Source of the DNA: Acidobacteriota bacterium
GTDB taxonomy: Bacteria > Acidobacteriota > Polarisedimenticolia > Gp22-AA2
Direction: 5' to 3'
Length of the DNA: 64,000 nucleotides
Assembly: GCA_003223135.1 (NCBI GenBank)
Contig: QHXX01000018.1
Coordinates: 65,904 to 129,903, forward strand
In this document: piece after piece, positions 10,649 to 19,499 of the stretch
How the letters are laid out: each line of letters starts with the position of its first letter
Numbering within the stretch: position 1 is the first letter of the stretch
The notes under the pieces: model-generated
Told to the model about the DNA's origin: nothing
Databases searched by the model: none
The model's input: only the letters and a program-made list of their open reading frames with translations
Translations under genes and position numbers: made by a program

Positions 10649-12443
10649 CGGGGTCCTCCTCGGCGTCCGGCTCCTGCGTCTCCTTCGATTGCGATCCCAT
10701 CTCGGGATGGTCCTGCTCTTCGTGGAGGCTGCCGTAGATCGCCTCCCTGTACGCCCGCTCCTTCTCGAGATCTCCCAGGAGGAAGTGGACGTCGGACAGC
10801 TTCAGCATCAAGGCGGCGTCCGGCCCGCCCCGGCCCGCGCTCTCGCGGTAGCGGTCGAGGGCCCGGGCGTAGTCCTTTTCGAGAAATGCGGTGTCGCCCA
10901 GTCTCTCGAGCCAGGGGGAGGCCGGCAGGTTCATCGCCTTGAGGCGTAAGGCCATCCGCGTGGCGTAACGCCCGGCGTCGGAATAGGACTTCTTCGCGAG
11001 GAGGACGTAGAAGTACTCCTCAGGCAGAAGCGCTGTGTGGAGACAACTTTGCCAGTCGGCCGGGAAGCGCTTCCTGACCATGTCGAAGACCCGTCGGTCG
11101 AGGTCATTTGACAGGGCGACCAGGGCGCATTCCAGGCGCGGGTCGTCAGCGGCGCGCGCGGCGTGAGCGCGAAGAGGCCGCTCGGCGGCCCCGAGGTCGG
11201 AGCGAGCGAGGCCGATCATCGCCAGCAGGAGCGGAAGGCGCGGGTCGTCCTTCCAGGCGGCGTGTAGACCTGCCAGGCGGACATCGACCTGCTCCCACCG
11301 GCCCAGGGCCGCCAGCGACAGGACGGCGGATGCTTCGTACATCGTCCCGCCCGGGGCCCGCTCGATCGCCTTTGCGAACCGTTCGAGCGCCGCCTCGGCG
11401 TCGCCGCTCACGAGCGCCGAGCATCCGCCTTTCCAGAGAAGCACGGCTTGCAGCGCGCGGACCGATTCGGCGGTTCCCCCTCCGGGAATCGTGGCCGGAC
11501 GTCCATCGATCAGGTTCTCCAGAGTCGGCAGGAGCCCGTCTCGTTTCAGCGCCTCGATCGCGCCGAAGCCGAGGCCGAAATCCGAGAGGTCGATGACCGG
11601 GAGGCAGGCCGGCCTCGACTTGAGCAGCGCCTGGGCGTCGTTCCAGGTGTCGAAGAAAAGCTTGCGGCGTCCCGGGGCGACGAACGGACCGAGAGCGATC
11701 GGCTGATCGACAGTCAGCAGAATGTCGTCCACGTAGTAGTCGACGTTGGAGGTGTCGTGACCGTTGTCGCCAATGAATGAGAACTTGTCCACGGCCGACC
11801 CGGGCTCGTTGAAGGCGTTCGCCTGGGCCTTCAGGGCGACGACCGGGTCGTTCCTTCCCTCCTCGCGGATCGTCAGGTCGTACCTGCCCGCGGCGATGTC
11901 GTAGGCCACGTCCACCAGGTACCAGGAGAAGGACCTGATCTGAATGAGGCGCATCGGGATGCTGTCCGAGTACTGGCACAGCCAGCCGCCACGCGTCTGC
12001 AGCCAGAACGCCACGCCGTCCTTTTTCAGCGAGAACCACTGCGGGCCGGCCAGCGCGATGTTGAGCTGCTCGAGCGGGTCGGCCACCAGGAGGGCGAAGT
12101 GGGCGTAAAGCATGCCCGACTCGCGCCGAGGAAAATATCCCTGCAGCTCGGGGAAGTTGCCGTCATCGGCCACGTCTCGTATCTCGACCGAGCGGTACCC
12201 GCTGTAGCGAAAGGCCGTGGAGAGGTGAACGCGCCCCTTCGCCTTCTCGAACACGGCGAAGGCGTCAGGACCGGTGGCGAGGTTGGCGTCGTCGAATCCA
12301 TAGCTGACCAAAATGCCCGAGGCGGCGGTCGCCCCCTGGCCGTCATCGGCGGGTCGGGCGGCCGCGGCGAGAGCGGGCGCGACGGAGACGGTCAGCAGAA
12401 AAGACAGGGCGACGACGGGCGAGACGCGAGCCATCCAGGCCAT
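10632..12443 (-). CDS. Large secreted protein: N-terminal beta-rich domain + C-terminal TPR-like helical repeats + acidic tail
   Basis: Start chosen at MAWMARVSPVVALSFLLTVSVAPALAAA (signal peptide). The ORF's upstream Arg/Pro-rich extension to 12710 is rejected. Confidence 0.5.
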   Translation of the reverse strand: MAWMARVSPVVALSFLLTVSVAPALAAAARPADDGQGATAASGILVSYGFDDANLATGPDAFAVFEKAKGRVHLSTAFRYSGYRSVEIRDVADDGNFPELQGYFPRRESGMLYAHFALLVADPLEQLNIALAGPQWFSLKKDGVAFWLQTRGGWLCQYSDSIPMRLIQIRSFSWYLVDVAYDIAAGRYDLTIREEGRNDPVVALKAQANAFNEPGSAVDKFSFIGDNGHDTSNVDYYVDDILLTVDQPIALGPFVAPGRRKLFFDTWNDAQALLKSRPACLPVIDLSDFGLGFGAIEALKRDGLLPTLENLIDGRPATIPGGGTAESVRALQAVLLWKGGCSALVSGDAEAALERFAKAIERAPGGTMYEASAVLSLAALGRWEQVDVRLAGLHAAWKDDPRLPLLLAMIGLARSDLGAAERPLRAHAARAADDPRLECALVALSNDLDRRVFDMVRKRFPADWQSCLHTALLPEEYFYVLLAKKSYSDAGRYATRMALRLKAMNLPASPWLERLGDTAFLEKDYARALDRYRESAGRGGPDAALMLKLSDVHFLLGDLEKERAYREAIYGSLHEEQDHPEMGSQSKETQEPDAEEDPDADLD

Positions 12444-12576
12444 CCCTGCGAATCTAGGGCCCGGAGATCCGGCCGCGCAAGGCCGAATTCGGCGCGGGAC
12501 GAGGCTTACAGGAACGTCATCGCGACCCGTGCGGAGGGTTCCGGCGACACGCGGGTCGGACGGAGGACGACCCGGG

Positions 12577-13915
12577 CTAACGCCCCGGCACGCCCGCCGG
12601 CAGCGTCTGACCGATGAAGGCCTCGAGGTTGTCGAGGGCGCGACGGACGAGGAGGGCCTTCTTCTGTCTCTTGTCGCGGGTGTCGCGGTCGAGCGGCGGC
12701 AGGAGCCCAAAGGCGATGTTGGTCGGCTGGTAGTGAGCCGCGTCGGCGCAGGAGATGTACCGCGAAAGAGCCCCGAGGGCCGTCGTCGCCGGGAAGATCA
12801 AGGGTGGCTGGGTTTCCGCCAGGCGCGCCGCGTTGATGCCGGCGATGAGGCCGGAGGCGGCCGACTCGAGATACCCCTCGACACCGGAGATCTGGCCGGC
12901 AAAGAACAGGTCCCGCCGGCGACGGGCCTGGAAGGTCGGCAGGAGGATGGCCGGCGCGTTGATGTACGAGTTGCGGTGCACCTGGCCGAGGCGCGGAAAT
13001 TCCGCGCGCTCGAGGCCGGGGATCATCCGGAACACCCGGATCTGCTCGGCGAACTTGAGATGATTCTGGAAGCCGACCATCGAGTAGAAGTCGGCCGCCA
13101 GGTTGTCCTGCCGGAGTTGCACGACGGCGAACGGCTGTTTGCCTGTGCGAGGGTCGACGAGGCCGACCGGCTTCATCGGGCCGAATGCGAGCGTCTCACG
13201 GCCACGGCGGGCCATCTCCTCGATCGGCAGGCACCCCTCGAAGTAGAAGATCTCCTTCTCGAACTCGTGCGTCGGCGCCTCGGCCGCCCCCAGGAGGGCT
13301 TGGTGGAAGCGGTCGTACTCGGTCTCGGTGAGAGGGCAGTTGAGGTAATCCTCGCCCCCCTTGCCGTAGCGCGATGCCCGGAACACCTTCGACAGGTCGA
13401 TCGTGTCGGCATCCACGATGGGCGAGATCGCGTCGAAGAAGTAGAGGTATTCGCGTCCTGTGAAGCGGGCGATCGCGGACGCTATCGCCTCGCTGGCCAG
13501 GGGGCCAGTGCAAAGGACGCACGGCCCCTCGTCCGGGATCGCCCGGGCCTCTTCGCGCAGGACGCGCACCTGCGGGAGCGACTCAATCGCCTCGGTGACG
13601 CCGCGGGCGAAACGCTCGCGGTCGACCGCCAGAGCCCCGCCGGCGGGCACCCGGCACGCGTCGGCCACACGGATGATGAGCGAGTCGCAACGGCGCATCT
13701 CCTCCTTCAGGAGACCGGACGCCGTGTCAAGGAGGTTCGACTTCAGTGAGTTCGAGCAGACCAGCTCGGCCAGGTCGCCCGTCGCGTGGACCGGGGTCGT
13801 CCGAACCGGCCGCATCTCATGCAGATCGACGCGCAGGCCCCGGCGCGCCGCCTGCCAGGCGGCCTCCGACCCGGCCAAGCCGCCGCCGATGATGATGACG
13901 CGTGTTGTGGCCACG
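12577..13915 (-). CDS. trmFO: Methylenetetrahydrofolate--tRNA-(uracil-5-)-methyltransferase TrmFO
   Basis: FAD-binding TRVIIIGGGLAGSEAAWQAARRG, ELVCSNSLKSN, GQISGVEGYLESAASGLIAGINAA; start GTG (VATTRVIIIGGG). Confidence 0.85.
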
Positions 13916-13956
13916 CGTGACCTTAGCGTAAGCCGGAGCGGGGCGTCAAGGAACGG

Positions 13957-13984
13957 CCCTGTGGAACACCTGTCCCGGCTGTTA
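13957..13984 (+). promoter_or_regulatory. Possible promoter for SDR gene (-10 TAAAAT)
   Basis: TAAAAT at 13979-13984 with GGAACA ~16 nt upstream; AGGAG RBS before ATG 14022. Confidence 0.25.
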
Positions 13985-14021
13985 AAATGTGGCATCGCTC
14001 GGTCGAGCAAAGGAGACGCCC

Positions 14022-14744
14022 ATGGTCAGCACCAGGAGAGTCGCCGTCGTCACCGGGGCCAACCGCGGCATCGGCTTCGAGACCTGCCGGCAGCTGGCGA
14101 AACATGGAATGAAAGTCGTCCTGGCGGCGCGGGACGAAGCCAAGGGACGCGCCGCGGCGGAGCGCCTGCGCGACGAGGATCTGGATGTCGACTTCGCGCC
14201 TCTCGACGTGAGCGACGACGGGAGCGTCCGGGATTTCGCGCGATACATCAAGAAGTCCTTCGGCCGCGTCGACGTCCTGGTGAACAACGCCGGGATCATG
14301 ATCGACGGTAACGAAGAGGTCGGCTCCGGCGCGAGCGGCGTCATGCAGGCGAAGATCGAGACGCTGCGCCGCACGATGGAGGTGAACGTCTATGGGGCGC
14401 TGCGCGTCACCCAGGCGCTCTTGCCGCTCATGCCGAAGGAAGGCGCCCGCATCATCAACGTGTCGTCCGGGATGGGACAGCTCGCAGAGATGAACGGCGG
14501 CTGGCCCGGCTACCGGATCTCCAAGACTTCGCTGAACGCCCTGACGCGCATCTTTGCCGACGAGCTCAAGGAGACGGGAATCAGGGTCAACGCGATCTGT
14601 CCAGGCTGGGTGAAGACCGACATGGGGGGCGCGAAGGCGCCGCGCACGCCGCCGCAGGGCGCGGACACGGTGGTGTGGCTCGCGACCGAGCGCGAGGTTC
14701 CGACCGGAGGCTTTTTCAGGGACCGGAAGCCGATCCCGTGGTAG
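14022..14744 (+). CDS. Short-chain dehydrogenase/reductase (SDR) family oxidoreductase
   Basis: TGANRGIGF Rossmann motif, NNAG, catalytic SSGMG / Y...K context; carbonyl-reductase-like. Confidence 0.8.
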   Translation: MVSTRRVAVVTGANRGIGFETCRQLAKHGMKVVLAARDEAKGRAAAERLRDEDLDVDFAPLDVSDDGSVRDFARYIKKSFGRVDVLVNNAGIMIDGNEEVGSGASGVMQAKIETLRRTMEVNVYGALRVTQALLPLMPKEGARIINVSSGMGQLAEMNGGWPGYRISKTSLNALTRIFADELKETGIRVNAICPGWVKTDMGGAKAPRTPPQGADTVVWLATEREVPTGGFFRDRKPIPW

Positions 14745-14826
14745 TCCGCTGCGATGAACGCGCCGGCATCTTGAATACCGGACTGGCGGCCACTATATAT
14801 TCCGGCACGACGCAGGAGGCATCCGG

Positions 14827-15597
14827 ATGCGGCCCGCCGACCCGGCACCAGAGAACCCGATCGAACGATGGACGGGCGGGATCCGGAACGCGTTTCGCGA
14901 GGCAGGATGTCGGCCGCGCCCCGGCCTTCACGTCGGAGACGCACGGGTGATCCGGCGCCCCGCGGTCATCCTGCTCCTCGCAACGGCGCTTCTCACGGCC
15001 CTGGCTCCGGTCCCGGTGGCCGCCGGCGTCAGGTACGGCGACGCGGTTCCGGGAGTCATCCGTCCGTCCGACCTGGAGAGAATCAAGCGCGTCCTGCGAC
15101 TCGATCGCTTCTCGGTCATTGCGGCCGTCCGGCTGGGGGCGGAGGACGGACGCGAGGCGATTATCACCGAGCCTCTTTCGGACGAGACGCTTACGAAGGT
15201 GAAGGACGCGTGCGAAGCGGGCGGCTTCTGTCCCGACCCGGTCGGCTTCGTGGCCTCGCACGTCCTCATCGTTCTGCTCCGGGATGAAGACGTCGAGACG
15301 GTGGTCATGGTGCAGAGTGAGGCGCGCGGCCCGCGCGGCAGGCTGATCGATCTGCGCGACCTCGGGGTCGAGGGGGAGATCCTCGGCTGGAACGGCCGCG
15401 CCGATGCCGCCGACGGCCACGTTGCGCTCAGCCTGACCCCCATCACCACGACTCCGACCGGCAAGCTCGGCGCCGGGCTCGACCCGCCGCTCCTGATCCG
15501 CTTCAATTCGAAGCGCGATCGATTCCAGGTCTATGACTGCGTCGTGGGGGACGGCGGCGTGGCGATCTGCGAGTTCGAGGACGAGGCAGGAGATTGA
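14827..15597 (+). CDS. Hypothetical secreted protein
   Basis: Internal signal-like segment AVILLLATALLTALAPVPVAAG (possible start ~14940); no recognisable domain. Confidence 0.35.
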   Translation: MRPADPAPENPIERWTGGIRNAFREAGCRPRPGLHVGDARVIRRPAVILLLATALLTALAPVPVAAGVRYGDAVPGVIRPSDLERIKRVLRLDRFSVIAAVRLGAEDGREAIITEPLSDETLTKVKDACEAGGFCPDPVGFVASHVLIVLLRDEDVETVVMVQSEARGPRGRLIDLRDLGVEGEILGWNGRADAADGHVALSLTPITTTPTGKLGAGLDPPLLIRFNSKRDRFQVYDCVVGDGGVAICEFEDEAGD

Positions 15598-15610
15598 GGC
15601 TGCGGGCGCC

Positions 15611-18085
15611 TCAGGAGTTGACGGCTTTCTTGAAGCCGCACCCTTCGTGGTCGCAGAAGAGCGTCGTCCCGTCCTTCTTGGTGATCTTCTCGAGGATGTA
15701 AGGGCTGCCGCACGACGGGCAGCGCTCGGCCACGGGCCGGTACCAGGTGACGAAGTCGCACTTCGGGTAGTTGTTGCAGCCGAAGAAGACGCGCCCGCGG
15801 CGGGAGCGGCGTTCGACGATACGGCCGCCGCAATTGTCGCGCGGGCAGTCAAGCCCCACTTCCTTCAGCTTGATGTACTTGCACTCGGGGTAGTTCGAGC
15901 AGGCCGTGAACTCGCCGAAGCGACCGTCCTTCACCGCCAGTGGCTTTCCGCACTGCGGGCACTTCTCGTCGAGGATCCGATCCGGCTTCTTCGTGACCGT
16001 GATCTTCCCTTCCTTGTCCATCGCGATCTTCTTCGTGTTGCGGCACTTCGGGTAGGCGGAGCAGGCGATGAACGGTCCGAAGCGACCCCTGCGCAGGACC
16101 ATCGGCGAGCCGCACTTCTCGCAGGTGCCGTGGTCCTCCGGGATGGCCGGGGACTCGGAGGCGGCGGCCCCCTGTGCTCCGCCCGGTTTAGCCCCGTTCC
16201 CGTTGCCCAAGACGACCGTCGCGATCTCCTGGGTGTTCTTGCACTCGGGGTAGCCTGAGCAGGCCATGAAGCGGCCGTACCGCCCCCACTTGATGACCAT
16301 CGGCTTGCCGCATTTCTCGCAGACCCGATCGGTCGGCTCTTCCATCTTCTTGATGTTTTCCATGTTGGCCGTGGCCGCCTTCAGGTCCTTGGCGAACTGC
16401 TTGTAGAACCCCTTCAGGGCGTCCACGTAGTCCAGCCGGCCCTCCTCGATCTCGTCGAGCTCTTCCTCCATGCGGGCCGTGTATTTGACGTCGAGGATGT
16501 CCTCGAAGTGCTGCACCAGGAGGTCGGTGACCGTCATGCCGAGCTCGGTCGGCACGAACTTCCCTTCCTGCTTCTCGACGTAGTCGCGCGACTGGATGGT
16601 GGCCAGGATGGTGGCGTAGGTCGACGGCCGGCCGATGCCGTTCTCCTCCAGCTCCTTGACCAGCGACGCTTCGGTGAACCGGGGCGGCGGCTGCGTGAAG
16701 TGCTGCTTCGGGTCGAGCTTCTGCAGCTTGAGCCGCTCGCCCTCGGCGAGCGGAGGCAGGGCGCGCGTCGCCTCGTCCTCTTCCTGGGCGTCGGGCGCGT
16801 CCTTCTTGGTCTTCTCGACGATGTCCTGGTAGACCGCGAGATAGCCTGGAAACTTCATGGTCGAGCCGGTGGCGCGGAACAGGCACCTGCCGGCGACGAT
16901 ATCGGCGGTGGTCACGTCGAACACCGCCGACTTCATCTGCGAGGCGACGAACCTGTTCCAGATCAGGCTGTAGAGTAGATATTCGTCCTTCTGGACATAT
17001 TTCTTGACCCGATCGGGCGTCAGCTCCATCGAGGTCGGGCGGATACCCTCGTGCGCCCCCTGCGTCATCTTGCCGGTCTTGTAGACGCGCGGCTCTTCGG
17101 GCAGGAACTCGGGGCCGTGCGCCTTGACGATGTAGTCGCGCACCTCCTGCAGAGCCTCGGGGGCGATGCGCGTCGAGTCGGTTCTCATGTAGGTGATGAG
17201 ACCGACGGTGCCGATCTCGCCGAGATCCATTCCCTCGTACAGGCGCTGCGCCAGGGTCATCGTCTTGCGCACGGTGAAGCCGAGCTTGCGCGAGGCGTCC
17301 TGCTGCAGCTTGCTGGTGATGAAAGGCGGGACCGGGTTCTTCTTCTTTTCCTTGGATTCGACCGAGCGGACGACGAAGGCGGCATCCTTCAGGGCGGTGA
17401 GGACGGCGTCCGTGTCCTCCTTGGACTTCAGGTCCGCCTTCTTGTCGTCCACCTTGAAGAGCCGCGCCTCGAACGGGGGCGGCTCCTTCGCCTCGAGGAA
17501 AGCGCCCAGCGTCCAGTACTCCTCCGGCTTGAACGCCTGGATCTCGCGCTCGCGCTCCACCACCATGCGGAGCGCCACCGACTGCACGCGACCGGCCGAG
17601 AGCCCGCGGCGGACCTTCTCCCACAGGAGCGGGCTGACCTTGTAGCCCACGAGCCGATCCAGGATGCGCCGCGCCTGCTGCGCGTCCACCTTGTTCGAGT
17701 CGATCTTCAGCGGATTCTGGATGCCGTGCAGCACCGCTCGCTTGGTGATCTCGTTGAACATCACGCGGTGCAGGTTCTTGTTCGTCTTCTTGAGGATCTC
17801 GGCCAGGTGCCAGCAAATCGCCTCCCCCTCGCGATCGGGGTCGGGGGCGAGAAAGACCTTATCGGCCGACTCCGCGGCCGCTTTCAAATCGTCGATGACC
17901 TTCTTGCGGCCCGGCAGGATCTCGTAGGTCGGCTTGAAGTCGTGCTTCTCGTCAACGCCCAGACGCTTCTTCGGCAGATCGCGCACGTGACCCATCGAGG
18001 CCTTGACGGTGAAGTTGCGACCGAGGAATTTGTTGATCGTCTTCGCCTTGGCCGGCGACTCGACGATGACCAGCGACTTGCCCAA
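15611..18085 (-). CDS. topA: DNA topoisomerase I with multiple C-terminal zinc-ribbon domains
   Basis: Toprim N-terminus MGKSLVIVESPAKAKTINKFLG, catalytic Tyr region, four C4 zinc ribbons (CEKCGKPM.., CPQCGKPL.., etc.). Confidence 0.9.
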   Translation of the reverse strand: MGKSLVIVESPAKAKTINKFLGRNFTVKASMGHVRDLPKKRLGVDEKHDFKPTYEILPGRKKVIDDLKAAAESADKVFLAPDPDREGEAICWHLAEILKKTNKNLHRVMFNEITKRAVLHGIQNPLKIDSNKVDAQQARRILDRLVGYKVSPLLWEKVRRGLSAGRVQSVALRMVVEREREIQAFKPEEYWTLGAFLEAKEPPPFEARLFKVDDKKADLKSKEDTDAVLTALKDAAFVVRSVESKEKKKNPVPPFITSKLQQDASRKLGFTVRKTMTLAQRLYEGMDLGEIGTVGLITYMRTDSTRIAPEALQEVRDYIVKAHGPEFLPEEPRVYKTGKMTQGAHEGIRPTSMELTPDRVKKYVQKDEYLLYSLIWNRFVASQMKSAVFDVTTADIVAGRCLFRATGSTMKFPGYLAVYQDIVEKTKKDAPDAQEEDEATRALPPLAEGERLKLQKLDPKQHFTQPPPRFTEASLVKELEENGIGRPSTYATILATIQSRDYVEKQEGKFVPTELGMTVTDLLVQHFEDILDVKYTARMEEELDEIEEGRLDYVDALKGFYKQFAKDLKAATANMENIKKMEEPTDRVCEKCGKPMVIKWGRYGRFMACSGYPECKNTQEIATVVLGNGNGAKPGGAQGAAASESPAIPEDHGTCEKCGSPMVLRRGRFGPFIACSAYPKCRNTKKIAMDKEGKITVTKKPDRILDEKCPQCGKPLAVKDGRFGEFTACSNYPECKYIKLKEVGLDCPRDNCGGRIVERRSRRGRVFFGCNNYPKCDFVTWYRPVAERCPSCGSPYILEKITKKDGTTLFCDHEGCGFKKAVNS

Positions 18086-18153
18086 GTGCTCTCCTCCGCC
18101 CGCCGCTGTGAACGCGGGCGGGCGTTGTTATCTTTTGAAAATAGTGGCAGCCG

Positions 18154-19344
18154 TCAAAATTTGCAAGCCGCCGACGTGAATCGGCGTCCCGGAAGCTGCC
18201 GGACGAGGCCCCGTAGTTCGAGTTCCAGGAGCACGGCCAGAAGCGTTCCGGGCGGAAGACCGCACGCCACGCCGAGTCTTTCGATGCCGATGCCGCGCGT
18301 CTTCGGCACGCGCGACAACACCCGCCGCTCCTCCGGCGTCAGCGCCTGAACGTCGCAGGGCACCGCCCCTGGGCCGGACAAAAGCGGCGCCGCGGAGGAC
18401 GCAACACCGGTGTCGCGCGGCCCCGCCACGCGCGTCCCGGCGAGCGAGCGCGCGGCATCGACGATCTGTGGCGCCAGATCCTCGACGACGTCCGCCGCGC
18501 AGCGGCAAACCAGAGCGCCTGAACGCAAGAGGCCATTCGTCCCCTCGGCGTTCGGCTCGTCGACGGGCCCCGGCACGGCGTAGACCGTGCGCCCTTCGTC
18601 GGCCGCCAGATCGGCGGTGATGAGCGATCCGCTGTCGCGCGCCGCCTCGACGACCACCGTGGCCCATGACAGCGTCGCGATCAGCCGGTTCCGCTCCGGG
18701 AAGTGGCGCTTAAGCGGAGCCGTCCCGCAGGGAAACTCGGTCACGACCGCGCCGCTCCCGGCGATCAATTCTGCGAGCCTGCGGTGCTCCACGGGATAGA
18801 CCCGATCGAGCCCCGAACCGAGAACCGCGATCGTGCGCCCACCGCCCTCGAGAGCGCCCTTGTGCCCGGCCGCATCGATGCCGCGCGCCAGCCCGCTCAC
18901 GATCGTGAAACCGGACGCCGCCAGCCCGCGCCCGATACCGCTCGCCACCTCGAGGCCGTGACGCGTCGCACGCCGAGAACCGACGACGGCGATCGCCAGG
19001 ACATCCTCGGGCCGCAGCTCGCCCCACACGTAAAGGACCCACGGCGGATCCGACGCGACGCGCAGCAGGCGTGGATAACTCTCGTCCTCGAGGGTCAGGA
19101 CCGTGGCGCCTTGCCGGCGGGCGCGATCCAGCTCGTCGAGCGCCGCCTCCTCCCACCCTGGATGCAGCTCGGAGGTCAATGGTTCCAGGAGAGAGGACCA
19201 GTCACGGGTGCCGCTACCGCGCAGAACCCCGCTGTTGAGCCGCTGCCGTCTGCCGGGGCTTGCGGCGAAGTGCATGTTCACTGCGGCCCAGAGTAAGGCC
19301 GAGCGGGACACCCGACCTCGCGACCGACGCGGGGAGACACGCAC
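18154..19344 (-). CDS. dprA: DNA processing protein DprA (Smf)
   Basis: Rossmann-like DprA core VVGSRRATRHGLEVASGIGRGLAASGFTIVSGLARGIDAAGHKGALEGGGRTIAVLGSGLDRVYP. Conserved dprA-topA order. Alternative start at 19275. Confidence 0.8.
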   Translation of the reverse strand: MRVSPRRSRGRVSRSALLWAAVNMHFAASPGRRQRLNSGVLRGSGTRDWSSLLEPLTSELHPGWEEAALDELDRARRQGATVLTLEDESYPRLLRVASDPPWVLYVWGELRPEDVLAIAVVGSRRATRHGLEVASGIGRGLAASGFTIVSGLARGIDAAGHKGALEGGGRTIAVLGSGLDRVYPVEHRRLAELIAGSGAVVTEFPCGTAPLKRHFPERNRLIATLSWATVVVEAARDSGSLITADLAADEGRTVYAVPGPVDEPNAEGTNGLLRSGALVCRCAADVVEDLAPQIVDAARSLAGTRVAGPRDTGVASSAAPLLSGPGAVPCDVQALTPEERRVLSRVPKTRGIGIERLGVACGLPPGTLLAVLLELELRGLVRQLPGRRFTSAACKF

Positions 19345-19365
19345 AGTACCAGCGGCGGGGCGTGC

Positions 19366-19395
19366 TTGTCAAGGCGAGCCAACTTGCGATATAAG
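19366..19395 (+). promoter_or_regulatory. Candidate sigma70-like promoter upstream of the EPS locus (TTGTCA-18nt-TATAAG)
   Basis: TTGTCA 19366-19371, TATAAG 19390-19395; ~100 nt upstream of the 19500 start. Confidence 0.3.
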
Positions 19396-19499
19396 TGGCC
19401 GCCGCCTCGTAAGCGGCGGGAAAGCGCGGCAAACACGGTGGTTGCGCGCCGGCGCGCCTCTCATCCCGTGCCATCCGATTCGGTCAAGTCACAGGGGGT

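Noticed and set aside
16188-17816. 542-aa alternative-frame ORF within topA
   Set aside because: Same-strand out-of-frame ORF inside a gene whose frame gives a full TopA. Gly/Arg-rich nonsense.
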